Origin: Moniliella sp. 'wahieum'
Lineage: Eukaryota
NCBI GenBank assembly: GCA_003971905.1
Contig: RSEE01000087.1
Location: forward strand, 124,001-188,000
Length of the DNA: 64,000 nucleotides
Reading direction: 5' to 3'
Within the stretch, counting starts at the first letter, position 1. The number at the start of each line of letters is the position of its first letter. The position numbers and the translations under genes are program-made. The notes under the pieces are model-generated. The model was given only the letters and a program-made list of their open reading frames with translations, was not told the DNA's origin and did not search any database. Shown piece by piece: positions 35,201-47,015 of this stretch.

Positions 35201-38200
35201 ACGATGAGCTCATGCCCATGCCGGAGCCCCAAGTGATGGGGAGCATGTACGGTGACCCGCCTCCGCCTGCCCAGGACCCACCGCACCGTCCCTTTTTCCG
35301 GATCGCGCCCGGCCCTCGGCTCGCAGGGAGCCCTCCATCCCCCGCCCCGCCGAGCATCAACCCGCCGACGGAACTTGCTGACCCAACCCCCCCGTTCCAC
35401 GGGATGCATGAGCCGTACCAGAGCCCTATCCCCCCATGACGGGAACGATGCCCCCTGTCCAGCCAATGGAGCAGTCCTATCCCCGTTGATCATGCGCGCG
35501 CAGGACCGGGATTCCAGCCTACGAGCCAGTCGATCCCCCATCCGATCACTACACGGCCCCCAGCGGCCCTCCTCCGCCAGGAAGCGAGGCGTTCAGCACC
35601 GAGCGTCCACCTCGGCCGGGCTCGGTTCGTCCATCTCACCTGCCCCCTCCACTCGCCCTGGCACGTACTCCCACACTCCCAGGCTAGGTGGTGGTACGGT
35701 AGCTGCGACCGACTACGGCACGGCGCCCATGACTCACGCAGATGCCACACCCTCCCACGCCCAGAACCACGCCTTCCTCCAAATGCCGGAACACCCAAGG
35801 ACCGAAGCCTCCGGCCACCCGACGCCGCCTGGACACAATCCATTTGCTCCCATCGAAGAGCTGGAGCAGCATCCGGGCCCCGATCCGCAGGGACCGTCCC
35901 CCACACCTGCCTCTCCATCTGGCCAGAATCAAGGAACAAGGGAGAGTTTGACGGCGACCCGCCTCCGGGAGGCAACTATCCCATGGCGAACGATTTCCAG
36001 GGTGTTACTCCCAGCGAGGTAGGCGGGAAAGATGGAAGTGCAGCCAAATCGCTGCCACCTGCCCAAGAGGGACATCAAGGCGAGACGCGTGACATTGGAA
36101 TGCCTGCATCTCAGCCGGAGCACACCTCTCGGCTGCTCACTCTTCTCGAGCCTCTGGCAGGTCTCCCTCGCATACAACCGAGCAGAAGGCAGAGGCCCCT
36201 CGACCGCCTTCCCAAGAAAAAAGTTTTGGTACCCTCCGGGATCTGTCTGGGCACGGTGGGTTTGTCCATGCGGACGATTTGGATCCCGAAAGAAAGCATC
36301 ACTTTTTTGGAACGTCGACGCCTGGACACCATGTGCGCTTGCCGGGGCTCGACTCACCGCTGGAGGAGGAGGAGGAGCCGAAGGAGGATGAGCTGGGTCC
36401 GACGGGCTCCGACCCGTATGCTCCGAAGCGAGGCGTGATGCTCTACGACCCTCCCATGAGCCATAGGAGGGATCAGTCTACGGAACGCCCTCGCAGGGAG
36501 CGCGGGGAACGTCGGAGCATGCCAGCCACGGAGATCATCCAAAGGAGGAGGATGTGGGTGCGCACACGTTGTATGCGGACAATGAAGACGAGGCAGAGGA
36601 AGAAGGGGACGGAGCGGGCCACCATTCGCAGCGATCGCTCCGACCCAGCCTACACAGCAACCGGGCTGGCTCAACCGCTCCGAGCCACCTCAGCAGGCCA
36701 AGCAAAGCTGGTTCCCGAGCGGGTAGCCGGAGCATCGCTGGAAGCAAGCTCGGGTCTCCAGGACGGACAAGGCATGCCCACGATCCCAGCGTGTATGGAA
36801 CGGCTCCTCCCTCCCCTGCCTCGGCCTCGGGGACCGAGTGGGGAACAGTGCCTGATGAACCCCCACCGGTGCCGCGGAAGACCTCGGAGGTGGGAAGGAC
36901 TAGCGCTGCTCGTCCGTACAGCCTCTCTACAATCCCCGAGGACGCTAGTGGACCTCCAAGCAGTGTCGGCTCAGACGATTACGGTGTGCCGAGTGAGGTA
37001 GGGTCGGAGGCTCGACATGCGACCCGGCCCATGTCCGCACTACATTTGGTGCAGACCCACCCTGTGGAAAGAGGAGGCGGAAACGGCATCCGATGCGGAC
37101 AAATCTGCCGAACACGAAAGAGGGGGCCCGAATGAGGAGCAAGATGATTCTCAGGAAAAGGAGCCCGATCAATCTGTTCTCGAGGAAGAGGAGCCCGAAG
37201 GAGAATCGGAAGAAGAGGAGCCCGAAGGAGAATCGGAAGAAGAGGAGCCCGAAGGAGAATCGGAGGAAGAGGGAGGACACGAACCTGAATCGCTCCCTTC
37301 CTCCAGGATCGGTTCATGAAGGATCCCACGTATCAAAAGCCTCTACGGCTCCCCTTCGGCTCGGTCGCGGGGAATCTTCTCGGCGCCATCAGACGTGGCC
37401 TCCACGGCGCCATCGACAGTCCTGTCCAAAGATGTATCCAACACCCCCTCAAAGGTATCCTCCAGGGGCGCATCAAAGGTTGCTCGGAAAGTTCCGTCTG
37501 AAGTTGCGGAATCTTCTTCCACGGCCCCTTTCAAGGCTCCGTCGAAGGCACAATCTAAAGCCCATTCTAAGGCCTCTTCCAAACCTCCGTCCAAAGTTTC
37601 TTCCAAGTATGGCATCCTCTAATGCGCCATCTAAAGCATCAAAAGGTACGTTCAAAGCTCCATCTAAAGCCATGCCTAACATCTGTTTCCCAGGTTCGTC
37701 CAAAGCTCCGTCGAAGAATATATCAGACGTGCCGTCGGCGAAATCAGGAAAGAGTGCCAAGAGCGCCAAGAGCGCCAAGAGCGCAAGCGTCTATATACCC
37801 CTCCGGTTGATTCGACGGGGCGATGGTGTCGTCGGCCAAGCCTGCCGTCCGCTCCATCAAGTTGGCCACGCGCGATGCCCCCCTTTCCTCGGGCGAGGAC
37901 ATTGACAGAGCACGGATGAGCACCGTGGGACTGAGCAAGAGGGTGACGCGATTGAAGACGAAGGCGAGGAGACCGAAGAAGAAGATGGCGAGAGCGAGGA
38001 GGATGAGGCCCAGGAGAAGGAGAAGGATCAATATTCCAGATCCGAGTCTCCTGCCACGTCCCCCTCTCTGACGGATGAAACGGATGCGTCTCCATCAGAA
38101 ATTGCGTTGCTCAAGAAGCAAATGGCGGAGCAGCAAGAAGCCTTGAAGCTCTTCAAGGCACAGCAGACTCGTGAGCTTGACGCGCAAGAGGACGCAAAGA

Positions 38201-41200
38201 GCAGCCGCTACGAGGAGCTCTTCAACAAGCAGCAGGAACAGCTGGGGGAGATGTCGCGCTATCTGCGTGACCTCAATACTGGCTAGCCCAGGACGCACCT
38301 CGAAGGGCGGACGAGTGGCGCAACCTCTCCAATACCATTTCCAACCTCAAGTCGGGCTTTACTGGCATGCCCACCGACACTGCCCAGGCCATCACCGCCC
38401 AGTTGACCGCTGCCGCTGCTGTGGCAGACAACGCGGCACGGGCCATGGAGGCAGGATCGATGGAGGACGTTGACTCTCCGTCCACGTCGGTGCGAGAGAT
38501 TATGGGTGACCTTGCCCCGCAGTCTCATCCCAAATCCCCACCGACACTAGAGGCGGAGGACAGGGCTCCATCGACGGTTGGGAAGGCTGCTTCTGTGGAG
38601 AGGAAAGACCCCTCGGTGGCATCCCAGTCTCACCCGTGGCGATGCATCCGCGGAGAAGGGCTCGGCCAAGCCCTCCATGGTCGCCTCGGCCCCTGCGGCG
38701 CCCAACCGCCCTCGGTCAAGTCGATGCGGGAGCTTTTGAAGCTCCTCCATCCGCTTCCACGCCTCGTCTCGCTCCGTCAGTCGCCACCCAAACTCTGCCA
38801 AGAGCCAGGAGACAGCTTCCCTCTCTTCACCCCACTAATAGGGCTCTTCCTGTGGCGCCATCTGTCCACTCTTCTCACGGATCAACAGGGCCCCTTCTCG
38901 GGCTCCGTCCAAGGCAGTCTCTGTGGCCTCCCGCGCTCCTCCGCTGCACCCGGGGTCATTCGTCACCCGCCGGATGTGTGGACAGAGGGATCGATATCCG
39001 GCTCGATTCGGATCAAGCCGTTCAAGCCTCCCACAAACGCACTGTCCAACGCCCCCTCGGGCGATGGCTCCTTCCACACGGCACCGACATCTTCGATTCA
39101 CTCGTGGCGCTCATCGGTAAAGGAAGGAGCACCTGCCCCTCCTAGCGTCCGCGGCTCGCCCAGCATGCGCTCCGCGCACTCCAGTGCTCATTCGGGCACG
39201 CGCAGTACTTACTCGACCGCTCCATCAGGAAAGGACCCCAACGGTCTTATCCTTCGTGACGCAGCTGACCTGGATGGATCGATGCATGGCGGCGTTTTGG
39301 GGTCGCGTGCCCCCTTAGTCGAAGACGACACTCCTGACATGGAGAAACTCATGCGCGGCCAGCCGGTCAAGGGGGTTATGCTTCTGGCTTCGCTGCCTGA
39401 GGAAGGTGAGGGCGCTGATGAAGAAGAAGATCATAAAGCGTCCAGCCCCCCCGCTCCTCCCGTCAAGGACAAGACACCGGAAGGTATGTCAACCCTTTCC
39501 ATCCCTCGATCCGTACTGACTCGAGCTGCTTGACAGGCTCGGTGTATGGCACGGCCCCGCTTGCCCCGACCGAGTTCTCCCTGCATGATCAACCTGGAAC
39601 GCTGTCGGTTGTTCCTGAAGAAGCCTCCTACAGGTCTGCATCTGTGGCAAGTGGGTCGCCCAAGTCCATCTCGCACAAGTCCTCGTCCCACAAGGCTTCT
39701 CACAAGTCCGCGTCGCACAAGAGCGAGGAGGCCGACGCTCCTGGCTCAGAGGGGGCACCTTCTCCGCCTCCTAAAGACCGGGAGCTGGCCGAGGAAGAAG
39801 AAGACGATGTGCCTCCCCTCCTCCAAAAGATGAGGAGCCAGAGATCGATCTTGGCCTTGCGGCACTGGACCTGCAGGAAGCCGACCAACCCAACGAGGTG
39901 GATCCACGGATGACACCCTATCTTCTCCAAGCCCGTTCGCACATTGGTCAGGGCTCTGCGCCGTTCGAGATGCCCGAGGTGCAGACACGGGAGTTTGAGC
40001 CGTTTGCCGATCCTGGCTCCCACGACAAGCCGCCTGAGCTGCACATTCTGCCCACATTGGAACCGCCTGCGCCCATCGTGCTCCCCGACCTTCCCAAGCA
40101 CGCCCCTCCGACAGAGACCAAGTCTGAACCCCCACCCGCCAAGCCTCTCGAAAGCTCCCCAGCACCCAAGGAGATCACCTTGGCAGGCCCCAAAAGTATG
40201 GCGCCTCCCCCGAGCCCGATTGCGAAAGAGGGAGGCCCACCTCCTGCACCACTCGTTCCGCCTGGTGAAAAAGTTGATCCACCCAAGGAAGACAAGCCCG
40301 ACAAAAAGGACGATAAGGGTAAGGAAGGCAAAAAGGAGGGGGAAAGGAGGAAGAAAAGAAGGAGGGCAAAAAGGAGGAGGACAAGTCTGAAAAGATGCTC
40401 CAAGAGACCCATGCCAATGTGCAGATGGGCAAGGCGATGGAGGCCATCTTGCAAGACATGTTGGCGGCCAAAGAGGCCAAGAGAAAGAGCACGAAGAGGC
40501 CAAAAAATTGGACGAAGCCCGCACAGCTGCCCTGGATGCCCATCATAAGGCGACCGTGGCGGTACTGGAGAAGGAGCGGAAGTGAACGCAGCGCTGATTA
40601 AGCGCTTGAGGAGAAGGTATGTCCAGTCCAGGTACCCATGAGAGGAGAGAGAGAAGATACTAACGTTTTGACAGCTGGGCGAGCTTCAGAAGGCTCATGA
40701 ATCGGACCGTGCTGCCCGACTTGCTCGCGAGCAAGAAACCGATCCCAAAGCAGGTGCGTGCCCCTTGCGTCCTTTTTCTTCGATCTATGCGACTGACTTG
40801 TGTTTGTTTGTTTTTTTCTCAGCTGTGGAGCAGCTGTTGGGGACGATGCAACAGAATTCCCAAGCGACGGCCCAGTCCTTTGACGTGGCCTTTAAGGGAT
40901 GCAAGCGTCGTTTGGGGATATGATCAAGAAGACCGAGGAGCAGCACAACAAGATGGTCAAGGCTGTGTCTGCCGCCGGAGGAGAATACTCCAAGGTCACT
41001 GCCGAAGCTACGGCTGGCCAAATGAAGGCCCTCTTGGGCAAGGAGGTTCTCAAGATGTTTGAGGAGGTGGGCCGGATCCGAGAGAGCAAACGGTCACTCG
41101 AACATGAGATGGCGAACTGTTCCGGCTCAAGGCCAAATATACCCCTGGACGGGGGGGCAAGCCTCCGCCTCCTAAAACGCCCGCTGCGCCTGGAAGCGCC

Positions 41201-41263
41201 AAGCCACCCTCCACGGCCGCCCCTTCAGTCACCCGCCCGCCCCTGCCCATTCCCCGCCAGTAA
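29291..41263 (+). CDS. Giant Pro/Ser-rich protein: PH-like domain near the N-terminus, long disordered repeats, C-terminal coiled coil
   Basis: Continuous + strand protein-like frames for ~12 kb. Introns at 30906-30955, 39484-39536, 40617-40674 and 40754-40822. PH-like end LFISFFSARERLDFTIDLE. C-terminus LGKEVLKMFEEVGRIRESKRSLEHEMA. Confidence 0.65.
37182..37272 (+). repeat. 27-bp coding tandem repeat (EEEEPEGES)x3
   Basis: GARGAAGAGGAGCCCGAAGGAGAATCG units. Confidence 0.92.
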
Positions 41264-41904
41264 GGGTCGACCTCTGGCTCGTATTTGAAGTTTATGTTTG
41301 TTTTGTTTTGTCTACGTGTTGATGGACGTGCTTGTCCATTGCACCTTTTCTTTGCTTTCTTTGCCGTTTGCACCCTTTGCCTTTTGCACCCGCGCCCCAC
41401 AATTCCCAGGATGTGAGCAGGTTTGCACCTGTCACTCCATTCGTTTCTTCATTTTCCATCTGTTTATGATTCATTGCCATGCTATTGCGACCATGTGTGT
41501 TGTCGATTGTCTCTCCGCTGGTGTCCATCCGACTATTACACCCCATACAGGTGCAGTTGCGCCACTGTTGTGCCGAACATAGCAGTCTGTCCTCATACAA
41601 ATCTACCACATCCGCCGCGAAATTCATGAGTGAAACAGACCCCCCTCTTATTCTCGCATGATGGGTACGATACCACATGGTGAATCCCTGCAGAGGCATG
41701 GATCGCGCCGAGACTGGGTTGTTAGCGTTACCGGTTCCCGTTCAGCTCATACTGAAATGTTGGGTGTTTCCCCTGTCGTAGTGAATGTGGACGATCTAAT
41801 CGCATGTCACCTACCTGGCAGCAAAGCAAAAATAACCCTACCAGCTGAGAGGGGGTAGGTCACATATGATTTCGGATTGGGCAAGGGAACGCCAAAGCGA
41901 GCTC

Positions 41905-43641
41905 TTAGTCCACCACGAGTTCCTGGTCGATCTTCTCAAAGTGTTCAAAGAAGGCCTCAAAGAGCTTGATCTTGTACTCGGGGTCCTTGGACCCACACAT
42001 CTCGCCTGCAACGTGGTCAGCCAAGCTCGGGGAGGAGGAACGTGGGATGGGACATGGGACGTACGAATGAATGCATGGCCAGTTGTGGGTTGCCCAGGTC
42101 GACGGTGCGGATGCCCATCTTGGAAAGCATGGGCCCGATCGTCGAGCCGCAGGGCATGTCGTTCCGCACCTCGAATTCCTGCAGCGGCACTCCAGCCGCC
42201 TTGGCCACGCGACGGAGCAGGAACGTGGTCGGGCCCGTAGAGGCGTAGCGCTGGTTCGCATTGGTCTTGACCACCGGGCCGTGGTTGAGGCGAGGACGGT
42301 GGTTGTCCTCGTACTTGGAACTGTAGTTGGGGTGGAACGCATGGGCCATGTCGGAGCTCAAGAGGAAACTGGCAGCGATCGCACGTTCGTACGCCGACTC
42401 GGCGTCAGTGTACTCGGCCGCGTCCAGCACCGGGCCCCCGGTCACGCGGACCGACGCCAGACGCTTGATCGTGCTCGCGAGCAGGTTCGACTCGGCGCCA
42501 TGCGTCGACACGGAGCCCACCTCTTCATTGTCGAAGAGGCAGATGGCCCGGATGGAACCCGAGGAGACCAAGCTGGCCGGGTCGGCGACCGAGGCCACCA
42601 TGGCCTCGGTGGCACAGAAGCACGACATTTGGTTGTCCAGGCGCGGGGAGAAGATGAACGCATTGTCCCACCACCCACCGTAGCAGGCTGGGTGTCGTAC
42701 AGACTCAGCTCAAAGTCCTGGATTGCCCCACCTCAACGCCAAGCTCGTTGGCAAGCAGACCCAGAAGCACAGGGTGGTGCTTGACGCCCATCGTGGGCGC
42801 CCCCACAGCGGCATCGGCATCGGGACCAGCAGCTTCCTCTTTGACCATCGCCACCCCTGGCGCTGGGGTGGCCTCTTGGTTCAATTCGCTCGAAACAAGA
42901 CCGAGGATGGGCACTGTGTTGTCCTCCTTGTTGAACGTCATGTTGTCGCCTGCGCCACGGTTGAGGTGGATGGCCAAGTTGGGAATGCGCAGCAGCGGCT
43001 GCTTGATGTGCACCAGCTTGGAGGTGAAGGAAGTGTTGGCCTTGGAGTCGGCCACAATCACCCGACCGGCCACCGACAGGTCACGGTCAAACCAAGTGGA
43101 CCACAGGCCGCCGCCGTAGGCCTCGACGCCGCACTGGAGGTAGCCTTCCTTGGTCTTGCGGGAGACGGGCTTGATGTGGAAGTTGGGCGAGTCGGTCTGG
43201 GGAGGAGCGGGGTGAGCGGGGAGCAAGCAAGAGAGGGACAAGCACGCACATGAGCACCGACGACGTACACGCCATTGCCGGGGCGGAAGTGGTGGCCAAC
43301 GGCAAACGCGATGAGCGCGCTCTGGTTGCGGGTGTAGCTAGCAGACGGTCAGACCCGCCCACAGGGAAAGGGACGCGGGAGGGGGACGCACAAGTACTTG
43401 CCGCCGGCCTTGATCTTGCCTGCCCAGGACTCGGTCTCCTTGAGGCGCAGGAAGCCGGCCTTCTCGAGCTGCTCGGCGGACTGGGCGACGGCGTGGAAGG
43501 GGGTGGGGGAGGTTGACGTAGGTGAGGAAGCGGCTGGCGGCCGCGGGGACGGACGAGGGGGGCTGGGAGAAGGCAGGAGGAGGGTCAGGCCAGCCGGGCG
43601 GGCGGTGGCTGTGAGGGCGAGAGAGGAGGGGGGCGTACCAT
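41905..43641 (-). CDS. APE4: Aspartyl aminopeptidase (peptidase M18)
   Basis: TPFHAV, TDSP, VEAYGGGLWSTWFDRDLSVAGRV, IPNLAIHL, LFDNEEVGS, SSDMAHAFHPNY, HRPRLNHGPVVKTNANQRYAS, PCGSTIGP and DLGNPQLAMHS. Several introns. Confidence 0.95.
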
Positions 43642-44564
43642 GGCGGGCAGGGCAGGCAGGATGGGGGGGAGGAGGGGCTGGGAGGTAGCGGCACGGATTC
43701 CTGAGCATTGACTGAACAACCATGTGCTCTGATCCGCCGCCTGTCTGCCACGTGCCACGCGCCCAGTGTCGTGTGGCCGGCAAGTGCCAATGCCCATCGA
43801 GTGTTCAATGTTCAAGCTCCAGACTAGGGTTCAACATTGGCCTTTCGGCAGTTCACTTGCACCGAACGCATCGACTGCGCATCCCTCCGCCAGGTAGTCC
43901 ACACGATGCAACTCGGAGCTCCCAGCAGCACCAACACCCCCTCCCACCAATGGAGATCGAGAGTACAGATCGCCATGCGCGCGCTGCCAGCTTCTCAGCT
44001 CTTCTCAGATCTCTGATCTCATAGCCCCAGCAACGTCGGCCGTGATGTGACAAATGCAACAACCGTTCGATGATGTCGATGAACGTTCAACTTGAACGTT
44101 TAACCGCTCTCAAAAAAGTAAGTACTGCCGAAGAGAAAGATCCCTCCGTCACGAGGCTGCACCCTATACATGGATCTAGGATTCGATCCTCAGGGCCTCA
44201 CCTACTCCCATAGCATGACATCGGCTGTCGTAGCAGGCCCCGCTCAGACGGTCTGTCCCCGTATCAGGCCATACAGACCCTGCCCCTAGATCCGAGTCGG
44301 CCGAAAGCTTCTTCTATATATACACTACGGTTCATCCCGTGTGTTCCCTCGGCGTATCGGCCCCCCGCTTCTCACACCCTCCACTCTCCCTCCCCATCCT
44401 CCCATACCCCGTCCTTTCTCGAGGCAGGTAGTACACGCCCAGCGATTGTGCCTTTTCAGCCTGCTAACCCTCTCCTCTACACCCTGCCTCTCTCACCTTT
44501 GGTTGACAAATCCACCACATTGCCCCCTGCAGAAACGCCAAGCAGAGAGTGACTCTACTGCACC

Positions 44565-46614
44565 ATGGCCGACAAGCAGTCCCGTTCCAGTGGGAACCGC
44601 ACACCCCAACAGGGTCAACTCCAACACCCGGCCTCTACTGGCGCTAAGATGCTTGCCAAGGTGCGCAAGCTGCCCCAGGCAACGGCCGATGAGCTGAGGC
44701 AGATCGTCCGGGAAGAATTGATGGCACATGGCCGTCTTTCTTCCCACTCTGCCAATGACATGAACCGGCAAGACTATCCCCATGGCGGATCGCCGATGAC
44801 AGGCTCTCAACTGCGCAGGGATCCGTTTGGAGACTTTGTCAGTGTCTTTCGCGACGGTCACTGGCACACTGTCTCGCTCCCGCTGGTACGGCCTCGGCCA
44901 ATTCCAAGCGCAAACCCAATTCGAACGCCAGTCACCTCGAGGCCATCGGCTCAGAGGTACCCTCCCATCTCGACATTGAAAACGAAGCTGGCAATGAAGA
45001 GGGTTCAGAGGGTTCAACAGGCAAGGCTTCAAGCGCTACCGAACACGAAAAGCCCGGTTTGCACCATCGTTCACCCGCTGCTGACGACGACGATACCGAT
45101 CTGACTGCAACAAAAGAAAGAAAAGATCGACTTCATCCTCAAGAGATCTTGATGCGTTCCGCCGATTTGCTCAACAAGCGCAAGACCATGGCCCGCCCCG
45201 ATGGGTGTTGACTGCCGAACCAGCGATTTTGCACGACCTCGAACGCCGAGTGGAGAAGTTACACGGGATCCAAAGAACGTTCCCCAACCCCGTTGCTAGA
45301 TTCCGGTTCGAGTTTCGAGAGTCGCTCGCTGAGTTTCTCGGAACATTTATCGTGTGCGTATTGCTGCCCCCGTGTACTGCAGCAGAAGGTCAGGCCCAAG
45401 GCGAGGAAGCACATTGGTCTTTGACTCTTTTTCTCACTGTTGCAACTGAAAGAACATTAATGGTTGTTAGACGACGTCTCGATAAGAGCCCCGACTGACT
45501 TTGTCCTCCGTTGTGATGTTTCCCTTACTTTGCAGTTTGACAATCGGTCTGGCAGCCAATTGCCAAGTCACCCTCTCTACCCTGGCTGGTGGAAGTGTTA
45601 AAGGCAATACCTTGTCTGAAGCGATTGCCTGGGGGGTAGCTACCGGCTGTGGGATCTGGACCTCGGGTGGGATTAGTGGTGGCCATCTCAATCCTGCTGT
45701 CACCCTTACCTTTTCTGTGCACCGGGGGTTCCCACCGCGACGGATCCCGGCGTACATTCTAGCGCAGGTGGCCGGTTCCTTTGTGGCTGCACTCTGTGTG
45801 TTCGGCGTCTACCGTCATGCGATCACGCTGTACGACCCGCACCTCACCATGGGCAGTGCGGGCGGGTTCCTGACCGCCCCCATCCAAGAGGTTGTGAGCC
45901 CGCAACGGTCGGCATACGGATTTCGGCGTTTTGGGAACGAGGTACTGGGCAGCACCGTGCTGATGATCATCATCTTGGCTTCGGGCGATGCACACAACAC
46001 ACCTCCGCCGGAAGGGATGGGTCCGATGCTGCTCCTCTGGGCCATCATTGGCCTGATTGCATCCTTTGCCTACGTCGACGGTGCAGGCTTGAACCCGTCG
46101 CGAGACTTGGGTCCTAGGGTACGTCCCCCCCCCCCGGTTTGGAGATGCTACTAAGTGAACATGGGGCTGACTGGGGACACGCGCACTACGGCCTGTGATA
46201 TAGGCGGAATAGCTGGCGCTGTACGCAGTCGGCTATGGACGGAGAGAGCTGTGGACATACGACGGCCTGGCGTGGTTGTGGTGTGCCATCCTGGGTCCGA
46301 TTTGTGGGATGATGCTGGGGGCGGCGCTGTATGACGCGGCGATCTACCAAGGGCAAGAAGCGCTGATGAACAAGCCCTTCTCCATCCCGGGGATCTCCAA
46401 CACATCGGATGGCCGCGTGACGCGTGCGCTGGTCGAGACGCTGTGCCACCTGCGGCTGCCGAGGCGGCTGCTGCTGTGGCTGTTTGATTGTGCCGACGGA
46501 GCGCCCGAGCGGCGGGCGGCGGGGCCCCAGCCCCGGGCAGACGAAAAGCAGCAGGGCTACTGGGACGATGCGCGCCAGCTCTCCACCGCCAGCAGCAGCA
46601 CGGGCGGCGACTAG
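44565..46614 (+). CDS. Aquaglyceroporin (MIP family) with a long N-terminal extension
   Basis: RESLAEFLGTF, GGISGGHLNPAVT and GLNPSRDLGPR. Introns at 45354-45535 and 46119-46212. Confidence 0.93.
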
Positions 46615-47015
46615 AGCGCGGCGCGCCGGCAGACGAGGGAAGATAAGAAGTTGTGTGTATTCTGGGCGGCCGGGGCTATGCTATGCTATGGTTTAAACCT
46701 CGCTCCACGGACAGACCGACAGACAGACACAGACACAGGCCGGCCAGTGGCGAAGTGACTAGTGAAAGTGGACGCTTGAAAGTGGCAACGCCCTCTAACC
46801 CCCCCGAGCGGAATGCAGCCGCGCGCCTCAGGGGCACTGTGCCCATTCCGCCCAGGCGACGCCCGCCGCCTTGCCCGGAGGACCCGCATCCAGCGTCGCT
46901 GCCGCCCGCCTGCCCGCCGCCCACGCCGCCGCCGGCGCTCGACCCCACTGCCGCCGCCGTCACCCCGCGCTCGACGCCGCCGCGACGAGCAGCCCCGCCC
47001 CGCCGCGGCCCCGCC

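Noticed and set aside
44171..44295. tRNA-like GGATTCGATCC and short stems
   Set aside because: No cloverleaf can be built, and it lies in the aquaglyceroporin promoter region.
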